A DNA stretch of 64,000 nt from positions 1 to 64,000 of the IMG/VR virus record IMGVR_UViG_3300019764_000005; one strand, 5' to 3'. Source of the stretch: a virus. Shown in pieces: positions 1 through 9,499 of this stretch. The notes under the pieces were generated by a model. That model was not told the origin of the DNA. It searched no databases and saw only the letters and a program-made list of their open reading frames with translations. The first letter of the stretch is position 1. Each line of letters begins with the position of its first letter. Both the position numbers and the translations under genes were made by a program.

Positions 1-153
1 ATCAGCCTTGAAATTACTCTCTGTAATTACTGCACTGATCCACGATAAATCTTCAGTTAACGCGACAGTTCCATTGGTCGTAATATCTACAGTTTTCTCC
101 TGTGCTGTATTAAGGAAATTTAGACTTTCCGGATTCGTTAATAAATAAAACAT
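1..153 (-). CDS. 5' part of a structural protein with a BACON/Ig-like N-terminus (runs off the window edge)
   Basis: Manual translation MFYLLTNPESLNFLNTAQEKTVDITTNGTVALTEDLSWIS... resembles the BACON pattern; lies in the structural operon. Confidence 0.5.
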   Translation of the reverse strand, partial: MFYLLTNPESLNFLNTAQEKTVDITTNGTVALTEDLSWISAVITESNFKAD

Positions 154-154
154 A

Positions 155-901
155 TCAGTTTAGGTTTTTCTTTTGAAAATTATCGGCTTGCTCTTGATTC
201 ATAGTTTGCTCAACCTCCTGTTCCCTCAGGTGAATTCCACAGAATAGCGCAATTTCAACAGTAATCCTATTTAGCATGTATTCTGGCAGTTCAAAATCTT
301 GAAATGAAGCATCGGATGGATTATAAACAGGCTTCCCATTCGGAGCCACAATATATGTCCATTTTGGATCCTTTGGTCTTCTCTGGTAATAAATTGAAAC
401 ATCAGAAGTAGCCACATTTGAACCACCTGACGTATCAATACCTATTGTGGTGGGGAAAACATAAATAAAATCTGATCTTTTTTCGTACACTGGGAATTGC
501 GTAGTTGGAGAAGTAAGCTTATTGGCAAGAACATACCTACCGTGAACCTTGTCTAACTCATCCATCCTAACCTCATCATTATACCAAACACTCTTCACGT
601 AATAGAAATCGTCTGGCAAAACAAAGTAGTCTGTAAAACCATTAGGGGAAGCCAATGAAGCTTCCCTTTGTATGGTTTTCCGATCAGTAAATATATCGAG
701 TGCATTTTGAAGTGAAGGCAAAGCCTCAACTAATCCAGATTTATTTCTCCTATTTTTAGCTCGGTAAATATCCATCGGAAGCTCATTAATGATCTTCAAT
801 TGAGCATCCTTAGCTATATAGTTGAATCTGTCTGGTGTTATGACTCCGTAATTATTCTTGTTCATCAAGAACTGAATTACTCGATATATATCATTGATCA
901 T
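155..901 (-). CDS. putative tail tubular/ring (head-tail connector) protein
   Basis: 248 aa ORF downstream of the capsid gene; motifs NKNNYGVITP..FN, LPDDFY, YYQRRPKDPKWTY and DFELP typical of this phage group. Confidence 0.65.
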   Translation of the reverse strand: MINDIYRVIQFLMNKNNYGVITPDRFNYIAKDAQLKIINELPMDIYRAKNRRNKSGLVEALPSLQNALDIFTDRKTIQREASLASPNGFTDYFVLPDDFYYVKSVWYNDEVRMDELDKVHGRYVLANKLTSPTTQFPVYEKRSDFIYVFPTTIGIDTSGGSNVATSDVSIYYQRRPKDPKWTYIVAPNGKPVYNPSDASFQDFELPEYMLNRITVEIALFCGIHLREQEVEQTMNQEQADNFQKKNLN

Positions 902-910
902 GATTTACGT

Positions 911-1702
911 TTATTTAGTTAACTGCTCGGATATTCTTCTCAAAACATCAACACCTTCTTCTGTTCCACAGTAGGTAGCAAACTCCTCTTCCATACTAGC
1001 ACCTTTCGGTATTGTAAGGAATGATTTATGCGTATCCCTCCATGAGCATTCGGTTTGATCGTCATTCAAGTAGATAAGTCCGACTATCAATGCTGTTTTA
1101 AACTTAAATTTAAACCTTGTTCTTTCGTCATCGAATGCGTCAATAACTTTGTCTGGACATTCTCTAGATAGATTAACAAGAGCAACTCTGGCACCAGTTA
1201 TATCCATAGTATGATCACCACCAAGAACAACGCTATGTGCTGCCAATACCTCATCTGAAGGTCTATCCTTAATAAGATTCCTAGCCTCATCCTCCATAGC
1301 GATAAAACTCATCTCGTCCTTAGCCTCTTTTGCTTTATCCTCAAGTCGCCAACTTGCGCCACTTTTAGAATTTGCTCCATTAGCCTCATTCAGCCTGTGT
1401 AGCATTAAGAATTTCAGTTTACACATCTCAGTTGCACTGACAATACATTCATTGTCATCGAATTCGACAGGGTATAATTTTACCTTGTTTTCCGTGTCTT
1501 GCTCGTCCAAAAAAGGAGTATCGAATTTGTCAGAATACCTGAGATTGATTAGAAACCCATTAACGACCACTTTGGTTACAGGCTTAACCTGCACAGCGTA
1601 ACCTTGAGAAATAAATCTAAACGACCTCTTATCACCTATTAATTCAGCACATTTTTCGTGCAATTCTTTGATTACCTGACTTTTAGTTTTTGCTTTAGCC
1701 AT
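911..1702 (-). CDS. conserved phage structural-module protein
   Basis: 263 aa ORF directly after the capsid gene; LRY..TPFLDEQ motif. Confidence 0.55.
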   Translation of the reverse strand: MAKAKTKSQVIKELHEKCAELIGDKRSFRFISQGYAVQVKPVTKVVVNGFLINLRYSDKFDTPFLDEQDTENKVKLYPVEFDDNECIVSATEMCKLKFLMLHRLNEANGANSKSGASWRLEDKAKEAKDEMSFIAMEDEARNLIKDRPSDEVLAAHSVVLGGDHTMDITGARVALVNLSRECPDKVIDAFDDERTRFKFKFKTALIVGLIYLNDDQTECSWRDTHKSFLTIPKGASMEEEFATYCGTEEGVDVLRRISEQLTK

Positions 1703-1743
1703 TATTAAATTGTATTAAATTAAATTTACTTTTTTTTAAAAAA

Positions 1744-1774
1744 AAATAGGGAAGGAATCTTGCCTCCCCTATTT
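1744..1774 (-). terminator. intrinsic terminator after the capsid gene
   Basis: AAATAGGG...CCCTATTT stem followed by a T-run on the minus strand. Confidence 0.6.
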
Positions 1775-1789
1775 GATGTTTGAATATTA

Positions 1790-3154
1790 TTAAGCGCCTT
1801 GGAAAATGGTCCACTTAATCATACCGACTGCTCTTAAGCAACGCTCAGTAAGCCAGTGAATCTCATATCTGTCGGTAGTAGATGTATGGTCAGGAACCAT
1901 AGTACCACCAGCATAAGTAGTTTGCAATTTACGCGAGTAACCAGCTTTCGCTTTATACATTTGCGTAAGATATTGAATTGCTTCAGGAGCTATTCTGTCA
2001 TAAGAACCAGGCAACATGGCGCCAGCCTGAGAAGTCATTCCCATTGGAACCATCATTCCGTGAATCTGATCATCAGCATGAAATTGTGATGGATTCAAAG
2101 CAGTTGGATCTTTCAAAATATTCCATCCTGAATAATTGAACTCGTAAGTTCCACGACGGAAACCTTTAAATCCAAGATCAAGAACCCTTCCTTTAAGATC
2201 ATCATTGCCATACACACCATAATTGGCAGTAGCACCATCGAACCCAAGTTCTGCAGATAAGAAATCATCAATACCTAAAGCATGACGAGTGCCAATGTAC
2301 AATGCATTGTATTCCTCACCATTTATTTTATCCAAACGGTCTACTACACCATCAATATCGTCAATGGATGCCATTGGACCAGTAAAAGTATTTCCTCTAA
2401 CTCGAATAGAAGAGAACAAACCCTGGGTACCTTTATAGCCTGTCAAAGTCGATGTTCCAGAAATAGTGATATCCTCAAGCATTTGGAATTCTAGATTATC
2501 TAGGAATCTCTTGAAAGATTCTTCCTCATCCTCCATATACCAATAAGGAGATCCGTCGTTTGCATACAACCATGTAATGTTAGGTATGTCAGATCCATCA
2601 ACTGAGAATTGATCTTTAATGATAACTGGCGAAACATCGTAACGCTCGAAATCACGGGTTAAAGCTTTCTCTTTTCCGTCGGTTCCTTTTTTAAATTCAC
2701 CACCAATAACTCTTACCGTAAGAGCGGTAGTTCCAACAGTCCAAGCTGCAGAATTCTGTACGGCTGCCGTGAATGTATCGGCTGTAACTGCTGTCACAAT
2801 ACCAATCTCCTTACCTGCTGCTGCAGTAGAATAAACAAGAATCTTATCATTCAAACGAATCGAATGGGCAACGTAAGTAAATACATTAGCAGTTCGGGTA
2901 GTACCTGTGTGAACACGGTGTCTTCTTCCGTACTCACCCCAAATAGCAAGGTCAGAGTTTAATTCCTCTTCATAACCCATGGTGTCAAGGAAACCAGTTA
3001 TTGATTGAGGGTTGAATATGTTAACCAAGTCCGGCATCGCATCGGGCAAATACTGGTTGGTAAAGTCATACACAGAGCGGTAATTCGCTCCGGTAGCTTG
3101 AATATTATTGTTCGGTTCAAATATTTTCGCATCAGCGATTGCATCTATAGCCAT
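1790..3154 (-). CDS. major capsid protein (HK97 fold, crAss/phi38:1-like)
   Basis: 454 aa; QYLPD, WGEYGR, PVIIKDQFSVDGSD, GTQGLF, LGFKGFRRG and HWLTERCL motifs; follows a scaffold-like gene. Confidence 0.85.
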   Translation of the reverse strand: MAIDAIADAKIFEPNNNIQATGANYRSVYDFTNQYLPDAMPDLVNIFNPQSITGFLDTMGYEEELNSDLAIWGEYGRRHRVHTGTTRTANVFTYVAHSIRLNDKILVYSTAAAGKEIGIVTAVTADTFTAAVQNSAAWTVGTTALTVRVIGGEFKKGTDGKEKALTRDFERYDVSPVIIKDQFSVDGSDIPNITWLYANDGSPYWYMEDEEESFKRFLDNLEFQMLEDITISGTSTLTGYKGTQGLFSSIRVRGNTFTGPMASIDDIDGVVDRLDKINGEEYNALYIGTRHALGIDDFLSAELGFDGATANYGVYGNDDLKGRVLDLGFKGFRRGTYEFNYSGWNILKDPTALNPSQFHADDQIHGMMVPMGMTSQAGAMLPGSYDRIAPEAIQYLTQMYKAKAGYSRKLQTTYAGGTMVPDHTSTTDRYEIHWLTERCLRAVGMIKWTIFQGA

Positions 3155-3171
3155 TGTATAAAATTTTAAAG

Positions 3172-4302
3172 TTAACGTTTCTTACTACGCATCCCTTTGC
3201 CATGACTCTTTTTCAAAGTTGCCCTATGATGCGCAAGCGCATCGAAACCTTCATTCTTGTGCTCCTGCTTATTAGGATCTTGATTAAGGGTAGACTCGTT
3301 CGCCTTTTCCCGTAACTGATCTTTAACAACAGACGCCTCTACGAAGTTTTTATGGTCCTTTAATATGTCAGCAATCTGTTCACCGGCTAATAAGGTTTTC
3401 AAAAGTTTCCCATGATCCAGTTCTCCTGCATCATTTTTATACCTTCCCATAATCCCTTCAATTGAAGAAGAAGATTTGCCAAAAGCTTCAATATCCTTAA
3501 ATGAGTAGTCGAACCCATCCTGATTGATACCTTTGATAGAACCCATGGCTGAGTTCACACTATTTGTCCAAGCTTCTTTTCCTGCGGCAGTTCGGGATGC
3601 TATCTCGTTATTCTTCTGCTCGATAGGTTCAGAATATTTCTTCCTAGACTCTTCAAAGAACTTTTCTGCTTTACTAGCATCTTGTTTTCTGAAAATCTCA
3701 GCTTTACGAATAGCAGATGCGTTTGCGCGTAATTCGACGTCTGTATATTCATCTCCTTCCAATTTGTCAGGAATTCCATAAGTATCTTCAAATAGGAAGT
3801 TTATATCATCGCGTGAAAGCTCAGGATGCTGTTCTGCTAGGTATCCCCTTAGCTTAACATCTTCACTCTCAGTGCTCCAATCTTTCTGGGTTCTGACGAA
3901 ATCATTAAAACCCCTTCCTGTGTCCTGATGAAACTTATTGAAAGCATCAACTTCAGGTGCCAGTTCTTGTGGCACTATTTTTTCAACTTCTTTTTCAATT
4001 GTTTGAGGAGCTAAGTCTTCCCAAGATTTAATCTCTCTGTTTGCCTTTTCGGTCAAACGATTAAAAAATTGTTCTTCACTTACGGTACCCCAATCAAACT
4101 GATTAGAAGTAGATTCATTCGTTTTTGGTGGATCCTGCTTTGGAGGATCTGTTTTTTGAGTCTCATTTTTAGGCGGCTCATTATGAGGAGGAGTGTCGTT
4201 CTTTGGAGGATTATTTTTATTGGGATCCTCTACATGAGTCTCTTTTTTTGGCTCAGGAACTTGCATCCCTCTATTTTTCAGAATTTCTTGAAATTTAGAC
4301 AT
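3172..4302 (-). CDS. putative capsid scaffolding protein
   Basis: 376 aa, Pro/Glu-rich N-terminus, helical; FHQDTGRGFNDF motif; directly upstream of the capsid gene. Confidence 0.6.
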   Translation of the reverse strand: MSKFQEILKNRGMQVPEPKKETHVEDPNKNNPPKNDTPPHNEPPKNETQKTDPPKQDPPKTNESTSNQFDWGTVSEEQFFNRLTEKANREIKSWEDLAPQTIEKEVEKIVPQELAPEVDAFNKFHQDTGRGFNDFVRTQKDWSTESEDVKLRGYLAEQHPELSRDDINFLFEDTYGIPDKLEGDEYTDVELRANASAIRKAEIFRKQDASKAEKFFEESRKKYSEPIEQKNNEIASRTAAGKEAWTNSVNSAMGSIKGINQDGFDYSFKDIEAFGKSSSSIEGIMGRYKNDAGELDHGKLLKTLLAGEQIADILKDHKNFVEASVVKDQLREKANESTLNQDPNKQEHKNEGFDALAHHRATLKKSHGKGMRSKKR

Positions 4303-4328
4303 CTCGATTAAATTTAATTACTATTTTA

Positions 4329-4360
4329 ATTTAGACTTATTCTATATAATAGCAAATATA
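4329..4360 (-). promoter_or_regulatory. Bacteroidota sigma70 -7 element with an overlapping palindromic operator (capsid operon)
   Basis: TATATTTG on the minus strand at 4353-4360; ATTTAGACTTATTCTATAT at 4329-4347. Confidence 0.6.
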
Positions 4361-4440
4361 TGGAAAAATGCCAATATAGTTTCAATTTTTTGTATAATTT
4401 TATTGTCGATATAACTATTGTGAAATTTAATATTGTGAAA

Positions 4441-4812
4441 ATGAGCACAACTTATGAAATGAATGGATTCCTTAGAGTTAAGGAAGACGAACAGCAAATT
4501 AGCGATAAATTTAAAAAGAGAGAATTTGTCATCGAAGTGGAAAACGAAAGGAATTCTGATTGGAATGATTTCGTGAAATTCCAACTAACTCAGGATAGAT
4601 GCAATATCATTGATGATTTTAATATCAATTCTGAAATTAAGGTGTTTTTTAATATCCGGGGAAGGAAGTTTGAAAAAGATGGCAAAATGAATTACTTCTC
4701 AAATATTGAAGCTTGGAAGGTAGAGAGGTTTAGGTCAGATGATTCTCCCCAACAAGAAGTTCATCAAAACGAAATGCCTGGAGCACCTGAAGAAGATGAT
4801 CTTCCGTTCTGA
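4441..4812 (+). CDS. single-stranded DNA-binding protein, DUF3127 family
   Basis: FKKREFVIE, VKFQLTQDRC, FNIRGR and YFSNIEAWK motifs; acidic EEDDLPF tail. Confidence 0.85.
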   Translation: MSTTYEMNGFLRVKEDEQQISDKFKKREFVIEVENERNSDWNDFVKFQLTQDRCNIIDDFNINSEIKVFFNIRGRKFEKDGKMNYFSNIEAWKVERFRSDDSPQQEVHQNEMPGAPEEDDLPF

Positions 4813-4856
4813 TCACAAATGAATTTAAGTTTAATATTAATTTAATAAATAGCATC

Positions 4857-5075
4857 ATGAAACAAACTGGATCACAAAAAGGTAAAGAGATAAATATGGG
4901 GAAAATAGCAGAAGCTAAAAGAAAACAAGATTCTGCTATTAACGCTCAAATTAAAGGAGCATCACTTCAGTTTGCTGTTCAGCTCAACCAAGGAACTGGT
5001 GATATCGAGAAAGTGAAAGAACATTGGGCAGAATTTGAGAAGATGATGAAAGAATCCAGAAAAGGATCTGAGTAA
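4857..5075 (+). CDS. hypothetical protein
   Basis: 72 aa ORF between the SSB gene and a terminator. Confidence 0.55.
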   Translation: MKQTGSQKGKEINMGKIAEAKRKQDSAINAQIKGASLQFAVQLNQGTGDIEKVKEHWAEFEKMMKESRKGSE

Positions 5076-5095
5076 TACAAAATAAAGAACAAGCA

Positions 5096-5121
5096 AAAAG
5101 GGAGTCAAATGACTCCCTTTT
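5096..5121. terminator. bidirectional intrinsic terminator
   Basis: AAAAGGGAGTCA-AA-TGACTCCCTTTT between convergent genes. Confidence 0.8.
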
Positions 5122-5166
5122 GTTTTCGCAACAAACCTTTAAAACTCACCTCTCGCTATTTGTGTA

Positions 5167-5490
5167 TTATTTAACTGTAGTCCTTATTTTATAGAATTTG
5201 CCTCCTGACTTTTTATAGCCTGCTTTAGAGCCTTTACGCTTTGTTTCAAGATTGTAAGTTCTCTCAGTGATAGGATGAAGACGCTCTGACATTAAATATG
5301 CGCCATCTTCTTTCTGTAGTCTTCTCTCTTCAGCTTTAAGACTCTTAGATCCTGTAGTTGTTGTTTTAGATTTTCTACGAGTTTTAACTTTAGTCTTTGT
5401 TGCCGATGTTCCGACTTTAGCCTTACCCTTTACACCAGGCTTAGCTTTTGCTCGAGTCTTAGTCTTAACTGTAATTTTTGGTTTTGGCAT
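5167..5490 (-). CDS. small, highly basic Lys/Thr-rich protein (possible DNA-condensing protein)
   Basis: 107 aa, K-rich; TAAATTTG -7 element just upstream. Confidence 0.6.
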   Translation of the reverse strand: MPKPKITVKTKTRAKAKPGVKGKAKVGTSATKTKVKTRRKSKTTTTGSKSLKAEERRLQKEDGAYLMSERLHPITERTYNLETKRKGSKAGYKKSGGKFYKIRTTVK

Positions 5491-5671
5491 GATTGTAATT
5501 TTTAGTTAATAGTACAAATTTACGTAAAAATTAAATTAAAACCACAATAAGAAGAGTAGCGGCAGGACACCCTGCGCAATTTAATCTCGCTCACCTTGTA
5601 AGCCTATTAAACCCAATAACAGGAACTATGTGCCACCAAATGTAATTACGTTTTAATCCCAGCTACTCATG

Positions 5672-5744
5672 TGGACCATACCGGACTCGAACCAGTGACC
5701 TTATCCTTATGAGGGATCTGCTCTACCAACTGAGCTAAAGGTCC
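5672..5744 (-). tRNA. tRNA-Ile2 (CAT anticodon, lysidine type); CCA not encoded
   Basis: GGACCTTTAGCTCAGTTGGTAGAGCAGATCCCTCATAAGGATAAGGTCACTGGTTCGAGTCCGGTATGGTCCA folds as a cloverleaf; C4-G69/C5-G68 are Ile2-like. Confidence 0.85.
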
Positions 5745-5859
5745 AATTGCGCGTCTTTTATATTAAGGACATTACTACGCGCTCCCTCCAGGAACTTTCA
5801 GCTCGTGCGCCCTTTATCCTTCTGTGGGGCGTTACAGTTTTTAATGAGCTACCTACGTG

Positions 5860-5932
5860 TAGCGGGACCAGGACTCGAACCTAGAACCTCTGGGATATGA
5901 GCCCAGCGAAATACCAATTTCTCCACCCCGCG
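5860..5932 (-). tRNA. initiator tRNA-fMet (CAT)
   Basis: CGCGGGG...CCCGCTA acceptor with unpaired C1; three G-C pairs closing the anticodon stem (CTGGG-CTCATAT-CCCAG); TTCGAGT T-loop. Confidence 0.9.
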
Positions 5933-5942
5933 ATTTTGTATT

Positions 5943-5980
5943 ACAAATCTACTACCAATTCTATTTAGAAACAAACTAAA
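5943..5980 (-). promoter_or_regulatory. Bacteroidota sigma70 promoter for the tRNA operon
   Basis: TTTG-N20-TAGATTTG on the minus strand. Confidence 0.7.
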
Positions 5981-5994
5981 AAAAAAAGAATACC

Positions 5995-6144
5995 CTATTC
6001 ATCTTTAAACGTCTGTTCATACACTTTACTTACGTATTTTATAACGTCTTCAATTTCATCCTCTTTGGAAATGCAGGTTAATTTTAAATTCAATTGCTTT
6101 TCAAAATGATCTGTTTTCTCTTCAACACTATACGCTTTTCTCAT
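5995..6144 (-). CDS. small hypothetical protein
   Basis: MRKAYSVEEK... ORF downstream of dnaB. Confidence 0.4.
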   Translation of the reverse strand: MRKAYSVEEKTDHFEKQLNLKLTCISKEDEIEDVIKYVSKVYEQTFKDE

Positions 6145-6207
6145 GGTTAAAATTTTTGATTTATTTATAAAATTAAAAATATAATTATTTAGAAACAAAC
6201 TAAATTA

Positions 6208-7659
6208 TCAAAACGGATCATCACTATCAAATTCTTTAGCTGGCTCAATTCCCTTATTCGGATTATATTCTTCATTATCCGGAACGACGAAAGGAGCGGA
6301 TCCGTAATCATAAAAATCTGACAGGTACTCGTTAGAGCTGAATTTAATATCGCCAAGAGATCCGTTTCTGTGCTTCTTAACATATAGACATCCGTCGCCT
6401 TTCGATATGAAATTTCCATCCTCATCTTCAGTAATTCCATAAATCCATGGTCTAACAGGGAATATTATAATATCAGCATCCTGCTCGATAGCACCAGATT
6501 CTCTTAAATCTGAAAGTTTTGGAATCTTATCCGACCCTACTCGCTGCTCTATCTGCCTAGATAACTGACTTAGAGCTATAATTGGCACATTTAGGTCTTT
6601 TGCTAAAATCTTTAAAGACCTACTCATTTCAGAAACTTCATTCTCTCTACTTCTTCCAGGCATTGAATTATTAACAAGTTGTATGTAATCAACAACAATT
6701 AAGCCTAGTGGCTTTCTTTTATGAAGCCTTCTGCTTGTAGATGATATGTGAGAAACCGTAGCTCCTGCTTTATCGTCTATGTGCAATGGTATATCCTGAT
6801 GATCACAAATAAATTTACTGTATTTCGATTTTTCGTCTTCGCTCATATTCCCATCTCTTAGATTGGATGGATCTACATCGTAACTACTGATCATTCTATT
6901 TGTTAGTTGATCTTTTCCCATCTCTAATGAGAAAAACAGAGTGTTGTGCCCACTTTTAGCTGCTATTCTAGCAAAAAACAAAGCAATTGCCGTTTTACCC
7001 ATTGATGGTCTTGCTGCCAAAACTATAAGGTCTGAAGGCTGCCATCCACCAAGAAGCTTATCAAGCTTTGGTAACCCTGTGGGAACTCCAGTGGATACCC
7101 CGTCTATTCTGTTTATTTCCTTTTGGGCATATGCACTGTATGCGCTATCCAGACATTTATTGAATGAAATAGCAGTATCACCAGTATTTACATTTTCCCT
7201 GACCGAAGACATTAATCTGTCTGATTCGTTCAAAAGATCCTCAACATCCGAAGTTTCATCATATCCCATGTTGTTAATTTCTGAACCTATCCTTATTAAT
7301 TCTCTTTGGATAAACTTTTGAGCAATTATTCTGGCATGATTTTCTATGTGAGAAGCATTAGCAACTTTTGAGGTTAATTGAGATACATAAAATTGCCCTC
7401 CTGCCTTTTCGAGATTTCCAAGACGTTTAAGCTCCTCTGATACCGTTAAGATATCAGAAGGTTCACCTTTGATCTGCAATGATCTTATAGCCTCAAAAAT
7501 TAAGCCGTGTGCGGGTTTATAGAAAGTATCTGAGTTTATAATAGTCGATACTTTATCGTAAGCATCTTTCTCTTGCAATAAAGCTCCGAGTGTTGCTTCT
7601 TCTAACTCAACTGCCTGAGGAGGCACTTGTCCGTGTTCGGAAAGTCTATTTTCTACCAT
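6208..7659 (-). CDS. dnaB: replicative DNA helicase DnaB
   Basis: PPQAVELEE N-terminus (Bacteroidota type), AARPSMGKT Walker A, FSLEM, VVDYIQL, LSQLSR and DLRESGAIEQDAD motifs. Confidence 0.97.
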   Translation of the reverse strand: MVENRLSEHGQVPPQAVELEEATLGALLQEKDAYDKVSTIINSDTFYKPAHGLIFEAIRSLQIKGEPSDILTVSEELKRLGNLEKAGGQFYVSQLTSKVANASHIENHARIIAQKFIQRELIRIGSEINNMGYDETSDVEDLLNESDRLMSSVRENVNTGDTAISFNKCLDSAYSAYAQKEINRIDGVSTGVPTGLPKLDKLLGGWQPSDLIVLAARPSMGKTAIALFFARIAAKSGHNTLFFSLEMGKDQLTNRMISSYDVDPSNLRDGNMSEDEKSKYSKFICDHQDIPLHIDDKAGATVSHISSTSRRLHKRKPLGLIVVDYIQLVNNSMPGRSRENEVSEMSRSLKILAKDLNVPIIALSQLSRQIEQRVGSDKIPKLSDLRESGAIEQDADIIIFPVRPWIYGITEDEDGNFISKGDGCLYVKKHRNGSLGDIKFSSNEYLSDFYDYGSAPFVVPDNEEYNPNKGIEPAKEFDSDDPF

Positions 7660-8414
7660 TTAAAACCTCCTTCTTTTTGTTCAGTTTTCAAATCCTCATC
7701 TTCCCATCTGCGTGACGTTATCCAGCCCTGAGCCATCTTTGGAGTTTTCCCACTGGCAAGTAAAGCAGGTCTTCTTTTAGCTTCTAATTCAGCCGCAGCA
7801 TATATCTCTTCACAAAGAGATGGTCTCAACTCTGGTATATCCAACCACGATTGAGCCGCATCTGCTCTCCCGCTTTTGTATTTGAATTTATCCCAAAAGA
7901 TTTTAAAGGCTTCAAGTCGTTTACCTTTTAATTTCTTTTTTCTATTGGTTAAAATAAACTCTTCCTTGCTTTCTTCATCGGGAGATGAAGTACTAATAAT
8001 AGTTTCTTTACTTGTTTCTTCTTTACTTATTCCTTCTTTATTTATTTGTGGCGAGTTGCCCAACGTAGGTTCATCCAACGTAGGTTTATCCAACGTAGGG
8101 TTTTCCGACTTAGGTTGATTATCAGAAGGTTCCATGTAAAGATCGTATTCTACGCCTCCAAGAACACCTTTATTATCTCTAACTCTTCTCCTAACAACAT
8201 AGCGCGATTCCTCAAGCTCTTTAATTGATGATCTTATGGCATCTCTGCCCTCTTTAAGCACCGATTCGAGTCCTCGTATGGTATAGTCCCAATTTTCTGG
8301 CAAGGATAGCATAAAGGCTAATAATCCCTTTGATCGCAATGACAGTTTCTTATCTCTTAGTGGAATATTTGATAAGACTGTAAAATTTGTTTTCTGAACA
8401 TGTATCTTTCCCAT
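7653..8414 (-). CDS. phage replication initiator (HTH replisome organiser)
   Basis: NFTVLSN..LRDKKLSLRSKGLLAFMLSLPENWDY HTH N-terminus; internal iterons; overlaps the dnaB start. Confidence 0.8.
   Translation of the reverse strand: MGKIHVQKTNFTVLSNIPLRDKKLSLRSKGLLAFMLSLPENWDYTIRGLESVLKEGRDAIRSSIKELEESRYVVRRRVRDNKGVLGGVEYDLYMEPSDNQPKSENPTLDKPTLDEPTLGNSPQINKEGISKEETSKETIISTSSPDEESKEEFILTNRKKKLKGKRLEAFKIFWDKFKYKSGRADAAQSWLDIPELRPSLCEEIYAAAELEAKRRPALLASGKTPKMAQGWITSRRWEDEDLKTEQKEGGFKW
8060..8119. repeat. four 15-bp iterons (probable replication origin)
   Basis: CCAACGTAGGTTCAT, CCAACGTAGGTTTAT, CCAACGTAGGGTTTT and CCGACTTAGGTTGAT in tandem next to an AT-rich tract inside the initiator gene. Confidence 0.7.
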
Positions 8415-8626
8415 ATCTAATCATTCTTTTGTTTATTTTTCAGATCTTTTCGTGTTCATTTCTTCAGTGTGTTAATTGTCGCTGAACACAGTTTTTAAGT
8501 GAACACACATAACATGTGCGCCGTAGCTACTATAATAGCGATAATAAGCCCGATAAGGTATAAATAGACACTATGGTAGCTGTTTTATACCCGATCGGTA
8601 TCATGTTTATACCATAACACATTCAA

Positions 8627-9475
8627 TTAGAGTAATTCGTATTTTGGCATCATACATTCCATGCCAGTCCGACTAATTTCAAAATCTAATATAACTACAC
8701 CTATTGGTGTGGCTGGATATGTTTTTGCATGCACATAGCCTCTTTTTTTACCCGAAAATTCTTCCTTGAGTGTTGGAGCTTGAATGTACCACTTGTTCTG
8801 ATACTTTACAGAACCATTATCTACGAATCTCTCTATTTTTAATGGCAGTATCCATGATGTGTGAATGTGTTCGCAAATCCAAATATCGGCATCAGGATAG
8901 CGACCTATTAGTAAATCAACAGACAATACACCTTTCGATCTGGTACCTCCCGAGATGGGCTGATGGGAAAAGTAGATGTTTTTAGTTGCTTTACCATTCC
9001 CTCTACTATGTCTAATCTTAATCCAGCCAGCCAGGTCTCCACAGATAATTTCATGCTTTGTGGTTTCATTTAACCGGTCTACCATCATTTTGATCATATC
9101 GATTCCGTGACGCCTTATTTGCACCTCCTCGTGGTTACCGAGATTGAAAGCCAGTATTTTATCTTTAAATGGTTTATAGAAATCGCAAGATTCTTCAATT
9201 ACAGCATTTATATAGTCATCTCTTTTAAGGGAATCTTTTAATGCTGATTTGGCGGCTCTTGGATCTGCGAAATTTTGCATCACATCAAATGAATCACCCC
9301 CAAAAATTAAATAAGCTTTCGGATATTTTTTAACTATCTTTTTCAAGAAATTCAATCTCGATTTCTTTGAGTCATTGTGCATGTCAGCAACCCAAATAAT
9401 CTTCAGTTCATTGCCTTCTTTTTTAAAATCAATAACTTGACATGAATCATCTGTTTTTTTATTCTCTAAAATCAT
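8627..9475 (-). CDS. calcineurin-like metallophosphoesterase
   Basis: ADMH, GGDSFD, LGNHE and EHIH metal-binding motifs. Confidence 0.85.
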   Translation of the reverse strand: MILENKKTDDSCQVIDFKKEGNELKIIWVADMHNDSKKSRLNFLKKIVKKYPKAYLIFGGDSFDVMQNFADPRAAKSALKDSLKRDDYINAVIEESCDFYKPFKDKILAFNLGNHEEVQIRRHGIDMIKMMVDRLNETTKHEIICGDLAGWIKIRHSRGNGKATKNIYFSHQPISGGTRSKGVLSVDLLIGRYPDADIWICEHIHTSWILPLKIERFVDNGSVKYQNKWYIQAPTLKEEFSGKKRGYVHAKTYPATPIGVVILDFEISRTGMECMMPKYELL

Positions 9476-9499
9476 AGCTGTTGTTTTTGATTTAATTAA

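Noticed and set aside
5554-5859. HDV-like theta, hammerhead or twister ribozyme next to the tRNAs
   Set aside because: I could not fit the required nested pairing order or catalytic consensus by eye; kept only as unexplained structured RNA.
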